From: Squalus acanthias
Lineage: Eukaryota
DNA length: 64,000 nt
Assembly: GCA_030390025.1 (NCBI GenBank)
Contig: CM059431.1
Location: 138,510,001-138,574,000, forward strand
Direction of reading: 5' to 3'
Of this stretch, positions 28,337 through 40,016 are shown piece by piece; position 1 is the stretch's first letter; every line of letters begins with the position of its first letter. The translations under genes and the position numbers were made by a program. Under the pieces are notes generated by a model. It was not told where the DNA came from, made no database searches, and saw only the letters and a list, made by a program, of their open reading frames with translations.

Positions 28337-29634
28337 GAAATAAAAACAGAAAATGCTGGAAATACCCAGCAGGTCAGGCAGCATCTAGAGAGAGAAACAG
28401 AGTTAATGTTTCAGGTCGAGGACCCTTCGTCAGAACTGGAAAAAGTTACAGATGTAACAGATTTTTAAGCAAGTGTCGGGGCCGGGAAAGGTGGGGGGAG
28501 CGGAGGAAAGAACAAAGGGGAAGGTCTGTGATAGGGTGGAAGACAGGAGAGATTAAAACACAAAAGGGATGATGGTGCAAGCAAAAGGAGTTGGTAATGG
28601 GACAAGTTAAAAATCAAAAGATGAATCTAGATGAGGTGTGAATGGCAGAATCATCAACAGCTGTCATGCGACAGGAAAACAAAGGGAAAAGGAAAAACAA
28701 TAATGAAAAAAATAAAATGGCTGCTGAGTTTATAGTCTGAAATTGTTGAACTCGATGTCGAGTCCAGAAGGCTGTAAAGTGCCTAATTGAAAGATGAAGT
28801 GCTGTTCCTCGATCTTATGTTGTACTTTGTTGGAAGAGTGTAAGATGCCGAGAATGGAGAGATCAGAGTGGGAGTGGAGCAGAGAATTAAAGTGATAGGC
28901 GACCAGAAGCTCGGGGTTACACTTACGGACTGAGCGGAGGTGTTCCGCAAAGCGGTCCCCCAATCTGCGTTTCATCTCCCCAATATAGAGGAGACCGCAT
29001 CGTGAGCAGCGAATACAGTATATTAAATTGCAAGAAGTACAAGTAAATCGCTGTTTCACCTGGAAGGAGTGTTTGGGGCTCTGGACAGTGGGTAGGAAAA
29101 GGTAAAAGGGCAGGTGTTGCATCTCCTGTGCTTGCATGGGAAGGTACCGTGGGAAGGGGAAGGGGTGTTGGGGGTGATTGAGGAGTGGACCAGGGGGTCG
29201 TGGAGGGAGCGGTCCCTTCAGAATGCTGAAAGGGGAGGTGAGGGGAAGATGTGTTTGGTGGTGGGACCACGCTGGAGGTGGCGGAAATGGCGGAGGATGA
29301 TCCGTTGAATGCGGAGGCTGGTGGGGTGAAAGGTGAGGACAAGTGGAACCATATTGTGGTTCCGGGAGAAATGGGAAGGGGTGAGACCAGAAGTGCGGGA
29401 AATAGAATGGACACGGTCAAGAGCCGTGTCAACCACGGTAGAGGGGAATCCTCGGTTGAGGAATAAGGAAGACATGTCAGAAGCACTAGTATGGAACGTG
29501 GCATCGTCAGAGCAGATGCGGCAGAGACAGAAAAACTGGGAGAATGGACCAGCGTCCTTACAGGAAGCAGGGTGGGATGAAGTGTATTCCAGGTAGCTGT
29601 GGGAGTCAGAGGGCTAACAGTGAATGTTTGTCAA
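28337..29634 (-). mobile_element. Degenerate 5'-truncated Penelope-like element (GIY-YIG end plus pLTR)
   Basis: NLIYCIRCSRCGLLYIGE..RRLGDRFAEH..QPSGLDIEF. Same family as 61010-63270. Confidence 0.88.
28401..28437 (-). ncRNA. Decayed minimal hammerhead ribozyme in PLE pLTR
   Basis: AGUU CUGACGA AGGGUCCUCGACCU GAAA CAUU AACU. Stem III palindrome broken by a CG>CA change relative to 61080-61116. Confidence 0.6.
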
Positions 29635-30109
29635 TAGCAGCAATAGAGTTTGTTCTGTCCCGTTACAAGTTTTAAATGTCCCTGTGCTCCTAGTTTATAG
29701 GGGAGGGGAGTCTCTCACTGTATTCCCCATTAAACTGGCTCTACATTTATTTCAGGTGTAACTGGACCGACAGCACAGAAAGAGGCCCTTCGGCCCATCG
29801 TGTCCACGCCGGCCATCAAGCCCTGTCTATTCTAATCCCATTTTCCATGGTCCGTAGCCTTGTATGCTATGGCGTTTCAAGTGCTCATCTAAATGCTTCT
29901 TGAATGTTGTGAGGGTTCCTGCCTCTACCACCCTTTCAGGCAGTGAGTTCCAGATTCCAACCAAACTCTGGGTGAAAATGTTTTTCCTCAAATCCCCTCT
30001 AAACCTCCTGCCCCTTACCTTGAAACTATGCCCCCTGGTTATTGACCAGTCTGCTAAGGGGAAAAGTTCATTTCTATCTACCCTATCTATGCCCTTCATA
30101 AACTTGTAC

Positions 30110-30480
30110 ACCGGCAGCAGCAGCGAGAGCGGCCCTGGGTGGAGACTGAGCGAGGACACCAAGGATTTAAGCAGCGGGAGAGCAAGCGAGGCCCAGACTC
30201 ACCGGCAGCAGCAGCGGCCCTGGGTGGAGCCTGAGCGAGGACACCAAGGATTTAAGCAGCAGGAGAGAGAGCGAGGCCCAGACTCACCGGCAGCAGCAGC
30301 CCTGGGTGGAGCCTGAGCGAGGACACCAAGGATTTAAGCAGCAGGAGAGAGAGCGGCCCAGACTCACCGGCAGCAGCAGCAGCCCTGGGTGGACACTGAG
30401 CGAGGACACCGAGGATTTAAGCAGCGGGAGAGCGAGCGAGGCCCAGACTCACCGACAGCAGCGGCCCTGGTGGAGCCCTG
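30110..30480 (+). repeat. Tandem ~80-88-bp monomers in the CR1 5' UTR (~4.3 copies)
   Basis: CTCACCGGCAGCAGCAGC-type starts at 30198, 30283, 30363 and 30448, plus a partial at 30109. Confidence 0.88.
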
Positions 30481-30821
30481 AGTGCGGTTTAAACAGAGTG
30501 CTGAGAGTTGGGAATTTGTTCTTACTTTACACCAAGGAAAGAGTCCGAGAGCGGGAGCAGTCAAACAACAACAACTGCGAAACCGCTAAAGTGACGTCAC
30601 AACCAGGGAAGGAGCCGACTGGTAAGTAGGACCTGGTGAGTATTTCTACAGTCCAGTCGTTAAAGTAAAAGTAAGGTCTCTAGTTTAGAGTAAGTAGTGT
30701 TTAAAGGGAAATAAGGTTCCCAGTGTATTTAATATTCATTAATTTAAAGAAAGTAAAGGGAATACATTAAGGGCAGGACATGGCAGAGCAGCTCGGCTGC
30801 GTGGAGTGCTCCTCCTGTGCT

Positions 30822-32235
30822 CGCTGGAGTTTAGAAGAATGAGAGGAGATCTCATTGAAACTTATAAAATTCTAACAGGGCTAGACAGACTGGATGCAGG
30901 AATGATGTTCCCGATGGCGGGTGAGTCCAGCACAAGAGGTCATAGTCTAAAGATAAGGGGTAAGCCATTTAGGACAGAGATGAGGAGGAATTTCTTCACC
31001 CAGAGAATGGTGAACCTGTGGAATTCTCTACCACAGAAGGCAGTTGAGGCCAATTCATTAAATATATTCAAGAAGGAGTTAGATATATGGGTCCCCAGCT
31101 GTTCACAATTTACATTAATGACCTGGATCAGGGAGTCGGATGCAGCATTTCCAAATTTGCAGACGACACTAAACTAGGAGGGGGGGTGGGCTCAGAGGAG
31201 GAGACCAGGAAGCTCCAGAGCGATTTGGACAGACTGGGTGATTGGGCGGATAAATGGCAGATGCACTATAATGTGGACAAGTGCGAAGTTATCCACCTTG
31301 GGTGCAGGAACGGGAGGGCAAATTATTATTTAAATGGCAATAAATTGGGAGAGGGGGAAGTACAGAGACACCTGGGTGTTCTTGTACACCAGTCACTGAA
31401 GGCGAGCATGCAGGTGCAACAGGCGGTCAAGAAGGCAAACGGTATGCTGGCCTTCATAGCAAAAGGGTTGGAATACAGGAACAGGGATACCTTGCTGCAG
31501 CTGTACAGGGCACTGGTGAGACCACACCTCGAGTACTGTGTACAGTTTTGGTCGCCTCATCTGAGGAAAGATGTTCTTGCCATGGAGGGGGTGCAGCGGC
31601 GATTCACCAGGCTGATACCAGGAATGGCGGGATTGACCTATGAGGAGAGACTATGTAGTTTAGGGATGTACACACTGGAGTTTAGAAGATTGAGAGGGGA
31701 CCTCATAGAAGTGTATAAAATTCTGACAGGTCCAGACAGACTAGATGCAGAAGGAATGTTTCCCTTGGCGGGTGAGAACAGAACTAGAGGACATAATTTA
31801 AGGATAAGGGCTAAACCATTTAGGACAGAAATGAGGGGGAATTTCTTCACTCAGAGGGTGGTGAACCTGTGGAACTCATTGCCACAGAGGGCAGTGCACG
31901 CCAGCTCATTAAGTATATTTAAGAGGGAATTAGATATATTTCTACAGGCAAAAGGGGTTAAGGGTTACGGAGAGAAGGCGGGGACGGGATACTGAATTGG
32001 AGGATCAGCCATGATCTCATTAAATGGCGGAGCAGGCTCGAAGGGCCGGATGGCCTACTCCTGCTCCTATCTTCTATGTATCTATGTATTTCTTAAGGCT
32101 AAAGGTATCAAGGGATATGGAGACAAGGCAGGCACAGAGTACTGAGTTTGGATGATCAGCCATGATCTCATCGAATGGCGGAGCAGGCTCGAGGGGCCGA
32201 ATGGCCTACTCCTGCTCGTATCTTCTGTGTTTCTA
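30822..32235 (+). mobile_element. Short CR1 3' fragment inserted in ORF1, itself interrupted
   Basis: Flanked by TGTGCT direct repeats (30816-30821, 32236-32241). SLEFRRMRGDL...KELDI|FLKAKGIKGYG. Confidence 0.88.
31089..32086 (+). mobile_element. 5'-truncated CR1 with open RT C-terminus (innermost insertion)
   Basis: ORF 31087..31995 (FADDTKL), TCTATG tail, TAT flanks on both sides. Confidence 0.9.
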
Positions 32236-34419
32236 TGTGCTATGTGGGAAGTCAGGGACACTTTCAGTGTCCAGGGCGAACACATGTGCAGGAAGTGTCT
32301 CCAGCTGCAGCTACTCGAAATCCGCGTTTCGGAGCTGGAGCTGCGGCTGGAGTCACTGTGGAGCATCCGCGAAGCTGAGATCTTCGTGGATAGCACGTTT
32401 AACGAGGTGGTCACACCGCAGATAAAGAGTGCACAGGCAGACAGGGAATGGGTGACCGCCAGACAGAGTAAAAGAACTAGGAAGGTAGTGCAGGAGACCC
32501 CTAGGTCCATCCCCCTCTCCAACAGATTTTCCGTTTTGGATACTGCTGGGGGAGATGGTTTCTCAGGGGAATGCAGCAAGAGTCAAGTCCGTGGCACTAC
32601 GAGTGGCTCAGCTGCACAGGAGGGGAGGAAAAGAGTGGGAGAACAAGAGTGATAGGGGATTCTATCATAAGGGGAACAGATAGACATTTCTGTGGCCGCA
32701 GACGTGACTCCAGGATGGTATGTTGCCAGGGTCAAAGATGTCACTGAACGGCTGCAGGGCATTCTGAAGGGTGAGGGCGAACAGTTAGAGGTCGTGGTTC
32801 ACAATTGTACCAAAGACATAGGTAGAAAGAGGGATGAGGTCCTGCAACAAGAATTTAGGGAGCTAGGTAGCAGATTAAAAAGCAGGACCTCAAAGGTTAT
32901 AACCTCTGGATTACTCCCGGTGCCACGTGCTAGTGAGTATAGGAATAGGAGGATAGAGCAGATGAATGCGTGGCTAAAGAGTTGGTGCATGAGGGAGGGC
33001 TTTAGTTTCCTGGATCACTGGGTCTGCTTTTGGGGAAGGTGGGACCTGTACAAGTCGGACCCTGTACAAGTCGGACGGGTTGCACCTGAACCGGAACGGG
33101 ACCAACATCCTTGCGGGGAGGTTTGCTAGTGCTGCAGGCGGCGGGTTTAAACTAACTTGGCAGTGGGATGGGATACGGAGTGGAGCTATAGTAGGGGGTG
33201 ATAGAGGAAAAAAAACAACTCAGCCTGGAAGGTAGAGCAAATATGTAATGGCATAAGGGAGTATGGCAAGGCTGGATGGCATTTATTTTAATGCAAGGAG
33301 TCTTGTGAGTAAGGCAGATGAATTGTAGGTGTTGAACACATGGGAGTATGATATTGTTGCTATCACAGAGACATGGTTGTGGGAGGGGCAGGACTGGCAG
33401 CTCAATATTCCGGGGTATATAATCTTCAGGCGAGACAGAGGGGGGTGTAAAAGAGGAGGGGGTGTCGCAATATTAATCAAGGTGTCAATTACTGCTGTAA
33501 GGAGGGATGATGTCTTAGCAGGTTCCTCTAATGAGGCCATATGGGTAGAACTTAAAAACAAAATGCGGGAAGCACTTTGCTGGAAGTGTACTATAGGCCC
33601 CCAAACAGTCAGGGGGAGATAGAGGAACAGATATGTAGGCAAATCTCAGAAGTGTAGAAATAATAGGGTAATAATAGTATTAACTGGGATAATCAGAGTG
33701 TGAAAGGCTTAGAGGGGGCGGAATTCTTAAAGTGCATCCAGGAGAGCTTTTTGAGCCAGCATGTAGAAAGTCCTACAAGAGAGGGGGTGGTACTGGACCT
33801 AATTCTAGGGAATGTAGCCGGGCAAGTGGTAGAAGTGTCAGTAGGAGAGCATTTTGGTGACAGTGACCATAATTCGGTGAGATTTAAGGTAGTCATGGAA
33901 AAGGATAAAGATGGACCGGAAATAAAGGTTCTAAATTGGGGGAAGGCCGATTTTATTATGATAAGGCAGGATCTGGCCAAAGTGGACTGGGATCAGCTAC
34001 TTGTAGGAAAATCCACATCAGAGCAGTGGGAGTCATTCAGAAAGGAAAGAGAGTACAGCGCCAACATGTTCCCGTAAAGGTCAAGGGTGGGACCAACAAG
34101 TCCAGGTCCCCCCTCAGCCTTCTCTGCTCTAAGGAAAACAACCCCAGCCTGTCCAGTCTCTTCTCATAGCTGAAGCGCTCCAGCCCAGGTAACATCCTGG
34201 TGAATGCACTCTCTCTAATGCAATCACATCTCTCCTATAGTGTGGTGACCAGAACTGCACACAGTATTCCATCTGTGGCCGAACTAGCGTTTTGTACAGC
34301 TCCATCATAACCTCCCTGCTCTTATATTCTATGATGCGGAGATGCCGGTGTTGGACTGGGGTGGACAAAATTGAGAGGTCGCACAACACCAGGTTATAGT
34401 CCAACAGTTTTATTTGAAA

Positions 34420-34457
34420 TCACAAGCTTTCGGAACTATCGCTCCTTCCTCAGGTGA
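34420..34457 (-). ncRNA. Minimal type I hammerhead ribozyme (pLTR copy 1)
   Basis: UCAC CUGAGGA A GGAGC GAUA GUUCC GAAA GCUU GUGA: stem I UCAC/GUGA, core CUGANGA/GAAA, palindromic stem III. Confidence 0.85.
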
Positions 34458-34791
34458 AGTAAATTGGATACAGAATCGTCAGAGCATATATAGATGGAAA
34501 AAAAAAGCATGTGTACTTTACAATTGCAGACCAATAAATTAAATCATCCTGACTATCTGCCGAGGTGTGATAAAGTTAATTAAGTCAGCCAGGAAGGTAC
34601 CACATCAAAAGACATAGCAAGATACAACTGAGACAATGAGGTGAAGTCGCAGGGGTTCTAACGTGTCAAAAGCTGCCGTCTGTATGTAAAACGAAAAGCT
34701 TTAAAAAAAAATTACTTTTTTACTGGGAAAATTTTTACTTTTTTACTGGGAATCACATCTGTGAACAAGCTAACGACGACTCGAGTCCGGA

Positions 34792-37470
34792 TCACGTCAT
34801 GTATCGTGACATAAACCCAAGATCCCGATTGAGACCGTCTTCATGAGTGCAGAACTTGGCTATCAGTTTCTGCTCGATGATTTTGCGTTGTCGTGTGTTT
34901 CTAAGGTTGCCTTGGAGAACGCTTACCCGCAGATCCGAGGCTGAATGTCCTTGACTGCTGAAGTGTTCCCCGACTGGGAGGTAACAATCCTGCCTGGCGA
35001 TTGTTGCGCGGTGCTCGTTCATACGTTGTCTCAGTGTCTGCATGGTCTCGCCGATGTACCATGCCGCGGTGCATTCTTTCCTGCAACGTATGAGGTAGAC
35101 AACGTTGGCCGAGTCACATGAGTATGTACCATGTACCTGGTGGGTAGTGTCCTCACGTGTGATGGTGGTATCTGTGTTGATGATCTGGCATGTCTTGCAG
35201 AGTTTGCCATGGCAGGGTTGTGTGGTGTCGTGGTCGCTGTTATCCTGAAAGCTGGGTAATTTGCTGCGAACGATGGTACTTCTGAGGTTAGGCGGCTGTT
35301 TGAAGGCAAGTAGTGGAGGCGTGGGGATGGCCTTAGCGAGGTGTTTGTCGTCATCGATGACATGTTGAAGGCTGCGAAGAACATGTCGTAGTTTCTCCGC
35401 TCCGGGGAAGTACTGGACGACGTAGGGTACCCTGTTGGTTGTGTCCCGTGTTTGCCTTCTGAGGAGGTCTATGCGATTTTTCGCTGTGGCCCGTCGGAAC
35501 TGTCGATCGATGAGTCGAGCGTCATATCCCGTTCTTACGAGGGCGTTTTTCAGCGTCCGTAGGTGTCCATCGCGTTCCTCCTCGTCTGAGCAGATCCTGT
35601 GTATTCGCAGGGCTTGTCCATAGGGGATGGCTTCTTTAACATGGTTAGGGTGGAAGCTGGAGAAGTGGAGCATCGTGAGGTTGTCCGTGGGCTTGCGGTA
35701 GAGTGAAGTGCTGAGGTGTCCGTCTTTGATGGAGATTCGTGTGTCCAGGAATGAGACCGATTCTGAGGAGTAGTCCATGGTGAGTTTGATGGTGGGATGG
35801 AACTTGTTTATGTTATCGTGTAGTCTTTTCAGTGATCCTTCGCCATGGGTCCAAAGGAAGAAAATGTCGTCGATGTATCTGGTGTACAGCGTTGGCTGGA
35901 GGTCCTGTGCAGCGAAGAAGTCTTGCTCGAACTTGTGCATGAAGATGTTGGCGTATTGGGGTGCGAATTTGGTCCCCATGGCTGTTCCGTGTGTTTGGGT
36001 AAAAAAATGGTTGTCGAAGGTGAAGACATTGTGGTCAAGGATGAAGCGGATGAGTTGTAGGATGGCGTCTGGAGATTGGCTGTTGTTGATGTTGAGTACT
36101 GAGGCTGTTGCAGCGATGCCGTCATCGTGGGGGATACTGGTGTAGAGTGCCGATACGTCCATCGTGGCAAGGAGTGTTCCTGGTTCAACTGGTCCGTGGG
36201 TGCTGAGTTTCTGTAAGAAGTCTGTAGTGTCGCGACAGAAGCTGGGGGTTCCCTGTACGATGGGTTTCAGAATGCCCTCGACGTATCCAGAGAGGTTCTC
36301 ACACAGGGTTCCATTGCCTGATACGATAGGACGTCCGGGTGTGTTGGCTTTGTGTATCTTTGGGAGGCAGTAGAAGTCTCCCACGCGGGGAGTACGTGGG
36401 ATGAGAGCGCGTAGGATGTTTTGAAGGTCTGGATCGAAGGTCTTGATCAGTCTATTGAGTTGGCGGGTGTGTTCTTTGGTCGGATCTGCGGGTAGCTGTC
36501 TGTAGTGTTCCTGGTTGTCCAGTTGTCGGTATGCTTCTTTACAATAGTCCGTTCTGTTCTGTATGACGATGGCTCCTCCTTTGTCCGCTGGTTTGATGAC
36601 AATGTTGCGGTTGGTCTTGAGAGCGTGGATGGCGTTGCGTTGTGCTCGGGTGACATTCTGGACTGTCTTGTGAGTGCGGCTGATGAATCTGGCGTTGATG
36701 CATTTCCTGACAGCTTGAGCATACATGTCAAGCTTGGGGCAGCGACCCTCCGGAGGGGTCCAGTTTGACTCTTTTTTCTTCGGTTGCTGCACTGCGAGTC
36801 CCTCTGTCTGCTGTTCTGGATCATTGATTGTCTCATTGGGTTTGTTGCTGACATCTTGGGATTTGTGGAAGTATTCCCGGAGCCTCATTCTCCTGATGAA
36901 TTCCTCCGTGTCTGCCGCGAGACCGATGGGGTCCATTTTGGTGGTTGGGCAGAACTTGAGCCCTAGGGCGAGAACTTCGATTTCGTCTGGTTGAAGGGTA
37001 TGGTCGGACAAGTTGACGATGGACTTCCCTGTGGTTGCAGCCGTGGTACCGGGGGAGGCTTGGTTGCTGCTGGTGGTGATGCCGAGTTTCTCAAGCTTCC
37101 TGTTCTTGATGCGCATGTAGGCAGCGTAGTTCCGTTGCCTCGTCTGTTTGGTGGTGTCTCGTAACTGGTCTGCTGTGTCCTGAGCACAGGCTGAGAGCAT
37201 GGACTCTATCTTGGTTTCGAGGTTGTGGCGTTTGCTGTAGAGCTGGTGTACGAGATGGTTGAGGAGTGTGCGAGAGGTACGACGGCAGAGTCTCTCAGCG
37301 TAGTCTGTGTTGTATGTCGACTTGAGTGGGTTCGTGATCTGTAGTCCTTTCGGGATCTTGTCTGCTTTCTTGCATCTCTGTAGATACTTGATGTCGGTGT
37401 CGATATGCGCGATCTTCTTGGCGATTCTCTCCACTTTGAGCCGGCAGTTTGTGGTGTCGATAGTGGTCAT
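34792..37470 (-). CDS. PLE polyprotein RT + GIY-YIG endonuclease, intact, 892 aa from first ATG
   Basis: IKPADKG, DVSALYTSIP, GTAMG, RYIDD, Cys linker PCHGKLCKTC, VVYLIRC..WYIGET, GLN. The track start at 37542 is a TTG. Confidence 0.96.
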   Translation of the reverse strand: MTTIDTTNCRLKVERIAKKIAHIDTDIKYLQRCKKADKIPKGLQITNPLKSTYNTDYAERLCRRTSRTLLNHLVHQLYSKRHNLETKIESMLSACAQDTADQLRDTTKQTRQRNYAAYMRIKNRKLEKLGITTSSNQASPGTTAATTGKSIVNLSDHTLQPDEIEVLALGLKFCPTTKMDPIGLAADTEEFIRRMRLREYFHKSQDVSNKPNETINDPEQQTEGLAVQQPKKKESNWTPPEGRCPKLDMYAQAVRKCINARFISRTHKTVQNVTRAQRNAIHALKTNRNIVIKPADKGGAIVIQNRTDYCKEAYRQLDNQEHYRQLPADPTKEHTRQLNRLIKTFDPDLQNILRALIPRTPRVGDFYCLPKIHKANTPGRPIVSGNGTLCENLSGYVEGILKPIVQGTPSFCRDTTDFLQKLSTHGPVEPGTLLATMDVSALYTSIPHDDGIAATASVLNINNSQSPDAILQLIRFILDHNVFTFDNHFFTQTHGTAMGTKFAPQYANIFMHKFEQDFFAAQDLQPTLYTRYIDDIFFLWTHGEGSLKRLHDNINKFHPTIKLTMDYSSESVSFLDTRISIKDGHLSTSLYRKPTDNLTMLHFSSFHPNHVKEAIPYGQALRIHRICSDEEERDGHLRTLKNALVRTGYDARLIDRQFRRATAKNRIDLLRRQTRDTTNRVPYVVQYFPGAEKLRHVLRSLQHVIDDDKHLAKAIPTPPLLAFKQPPNLRSTIVRSKLPSFQDNSDHDTTQPCHGKLCKTCQIINTDTTITREDTTHQVHGTYSCDSANVVYLIRCRKECTAAWYIGETMQTLRQRMNEHRATIARQDCYLPVGEHFSSQGHSASDLRVSVLQGNLRNTRQRKIIEQKLIAKFCTHEDGLNRDLGFMSRYMT

Positions 37471-37557
37471 GATGCGGAGATGCCGGTGTTGGACTGGGGT
37501 GGACAAAATTGAGAGGTCGCACAACACCAGGTTATAGTCCAACAGTTTTATTTGAAA

Positions 37558-37595
37558 TCACAAGCTTTCGGAGCTATCGCTCCTTCCTCAGGTGA
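37558..37595 (-). ncRNA. Minimal hammerhead ribozyme (pLTR copy 2)
   Basis: Same fold; stem II is fully Watson-Crick here (GGAGC/GCUCC). Confidence 0.87.
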
Positions 37596-37929
37596 AGTAA
37601 ATTGGATACAGAATCGTCAGAGCATATATAGATGGAAAAAAAAGCATGTGTACTTTACAATTGCAGACCAATAAATTAAATCATCCTGACTATCTGCCGA
37701 GGTGTGATAAAGTTAATTAAGTCAGCCAGGAAGGTACCACATCAAAAGACATAGCAAGATACAACTGAGACAATGAGGTGAAGTCGCAGGGGTTCTAACG
37801 TGTCAAAAGCTGCCGTCTGTATGTAAAACGAAAAGCTTTAAAAAAAAATTTACTTTTTTACTGGGAAAATTTTTACTTTTTTACTGGGAATCACATCTGT
37901 GAACAAGCTAACGACGACTCGAGTCCGGA

Positions 37930-40016
37930 TCACGTCATGTATCGTGACATAAACCCAAGATCCCGATTGAGACCGTCTTCATGAGTGCAGAACTTGGCTA
38001 TCAGTTTCTGCTCGATGATTTTGCGTTGTCGTGTGTTTCTAAGGTTGCCTTGGAGAACGCTTACCCGCAGATCCGAGGCTGAATGTCCTTGACTGCTGAA
38101 GTGTTCCCCGACTGGGAGGGAACAATCCTGCCTGGCGATTGTTGCGCGGTGCTCGTTCATACGTTGTCTCAGTGTCTGCATGGTCTCGCCGATGTACCAT
38201 GCCGCGGTGCATTCTTTCCTGCAACGTATGAGGTAGACAACGTTGGCCGAGTCACATGAGTATGTACCATGTACCTGGTGGGTAGTGTCCTCACGTGTGA
38301 TGGTGGTATCTGTGTTGATGATCTGGCATGTCTTGCAGAGTTTGCCATGGCAGGGTTGTGTGGTGTCGTGGTCGCTGTTATCCTGAAAGCTGGGTAATTT
38401 GCTGCGAACGATGGTACTTCTGAGGTTAGGCGGCTGTTTGAAGGCAAGTAGTGGAGGCGTGGGGATGGCCTTAGCGAGGTGTTTGTCGTCATCGATGACA
38501 TGTTGAAGGCTGCGAAGAACATGTCGTAGTTTCTCCGCTCCGGGGAAGTACTGGACGACGTAGGGTACCCTGTTGGTTGTGTCCCGTGTTTGCCTTCTGA
38601 GGAGGTCTATGCGATTTTTCGCTGTGGCCCGTCGGAACTGTCGATCGATGAGTCGAGCGTCATATCCCGTTCTTACGAGGGCGTTTTTCAGCGTCCGTAG
38701 GTGTCCATCGCGTTCCTCCTCGTCTGAGCAGATCCTGTGTATTCGCAGGGCTTGTCCATAGGGGATGGCTTCTTTAACATGGTTAGGGTGGAAGCTGGAG
38801 AAGTGGAGCATCGTGAGGTTGTCCGTGGGCTTGCGGTAGAGTGAAGTGCTGAGGTGTCCGTCTTTGATGGAGATTCGTGTGTCCAGGAATGAGACCGATT
38901 CTGAGGAGTAGTCCATGGTGAGTTTGATGGTGGGATGGAACTTGTTTATGTTATCGTGTAGTCTTTTCAGTGATCCTTCGCCATGGGTCCAAAGGAAGAA
39001 AATGTCGTCGATGTATCTGGTGTACAGCGTTGGCTGGAGGTCCTGTGCAGCGAAGAAGTCTTGCTCGAACTTGTGCATGAAGATGTTGGCGTATTGGGGT
39101 GCGAATTTGGTCCCCATGGCTGTTCCGTGTGTTTGGGTAAAAAAATGGTTGTCGAAGGTGAAGACATTGTGGTCAAGGATGAAGCGGATGAGTTGTAGGA
39201 TGGCGTCTGGAGATTGGCTGTTGTTGATGTTGAGTACTGAGGCTGTTGCAGCGATGCCGTCATCGTGGGGGATACTGGTGTAGAGTGCCGATACGTCCAT
39301 CGTGGCAAGGAGTGTTCCTGGTTCAACTGGTCCGTGGGTGCTGAGTTTCTGTAAGAAGTCTGTAGTGTCGCGACAGAAGCTGGGGGTTCCCTGTACGATG
39401 GGTTTCAGAATGCCCTCGACGTATCCAGAGAGGTTCTCACACAGGGTTCCATTGCCTGATACGATAGGACGTCCGGGTGTGTTGGCTTTGTGTATCTTTG
39501 GGAGGCAGTAGAAGTCTCCCACGCGGGGAGTACGTGGGATGAGAGCGCGTAGGATGTTTTGAAGGTCTGGATCGAAGGTCTTGATCAGTCTATTGAGTTG
39601 GCGGGTGTGTTCTTTGGTCGGATCTGCGGGTAGCTGTCTGTAGTGTTCCTGGTTGTCCAGTTGTCGGTATGCTTCTTTACAATAGTCCGTTCTGTTCTGT
39701 ATGACGATGGCTCCTCCTTTGTCCGCTGGTTTGATGACAATGTTGCGGTTGGTCTTGAGAGCGTGGATGGCGTTGCGTTGTGCTCGGGTGACATTCTGGA
39801 CTGTCTTGTGAGTGCGGCTGATGAATCTGGCGTTGATGCATTTCCTGACAGCTTGAGCATACATGTCAAGCTTGGGGCAGCGACCCTCCGGAGGGGTCCA
39901 GTTTGACTCTTTTTTCTTCGGTTGCTGCACTGCGAGTCCCTCTGTCTGCTGTTCTGGATCATTGATTGTCTCATTGGGTTTGTTGCTGACATCTTGGGAT
40001 TTGTGGAAGTATTCCC
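37930..40016 (-). pseudogene. 5'-truncated PLE ORF copy ending at the inversion junction
   Basis: Matches the other copies from ..EYFHKSQD.. to the stop; N-terminus missing. Confidence 0.93.

Larger units (their letters stand above)
30113..34102 (+). mobile_element. 5' half of a CR1 (monomer 5' UTR, ORF1 zinc-finger/coiled-coil/esterase from ATG 30780, ORF2 endonuclease), no 3' end
   Basis: MAEQLGCVECSSCA|MWEVRD..MCRKCLQLQLLE. Esterase and APE fragments closely similar to 48060-49550 in opposite orientation. Confidence 0.85.

Noticed and set aside
34792..37470. Telomerase or prokaryotic RT system (retron, group II intron, DGR)
   Set aside because: C-terminal GIY-YIG, pLTR tandem structure and hammerheads identify a Penelope-like element.
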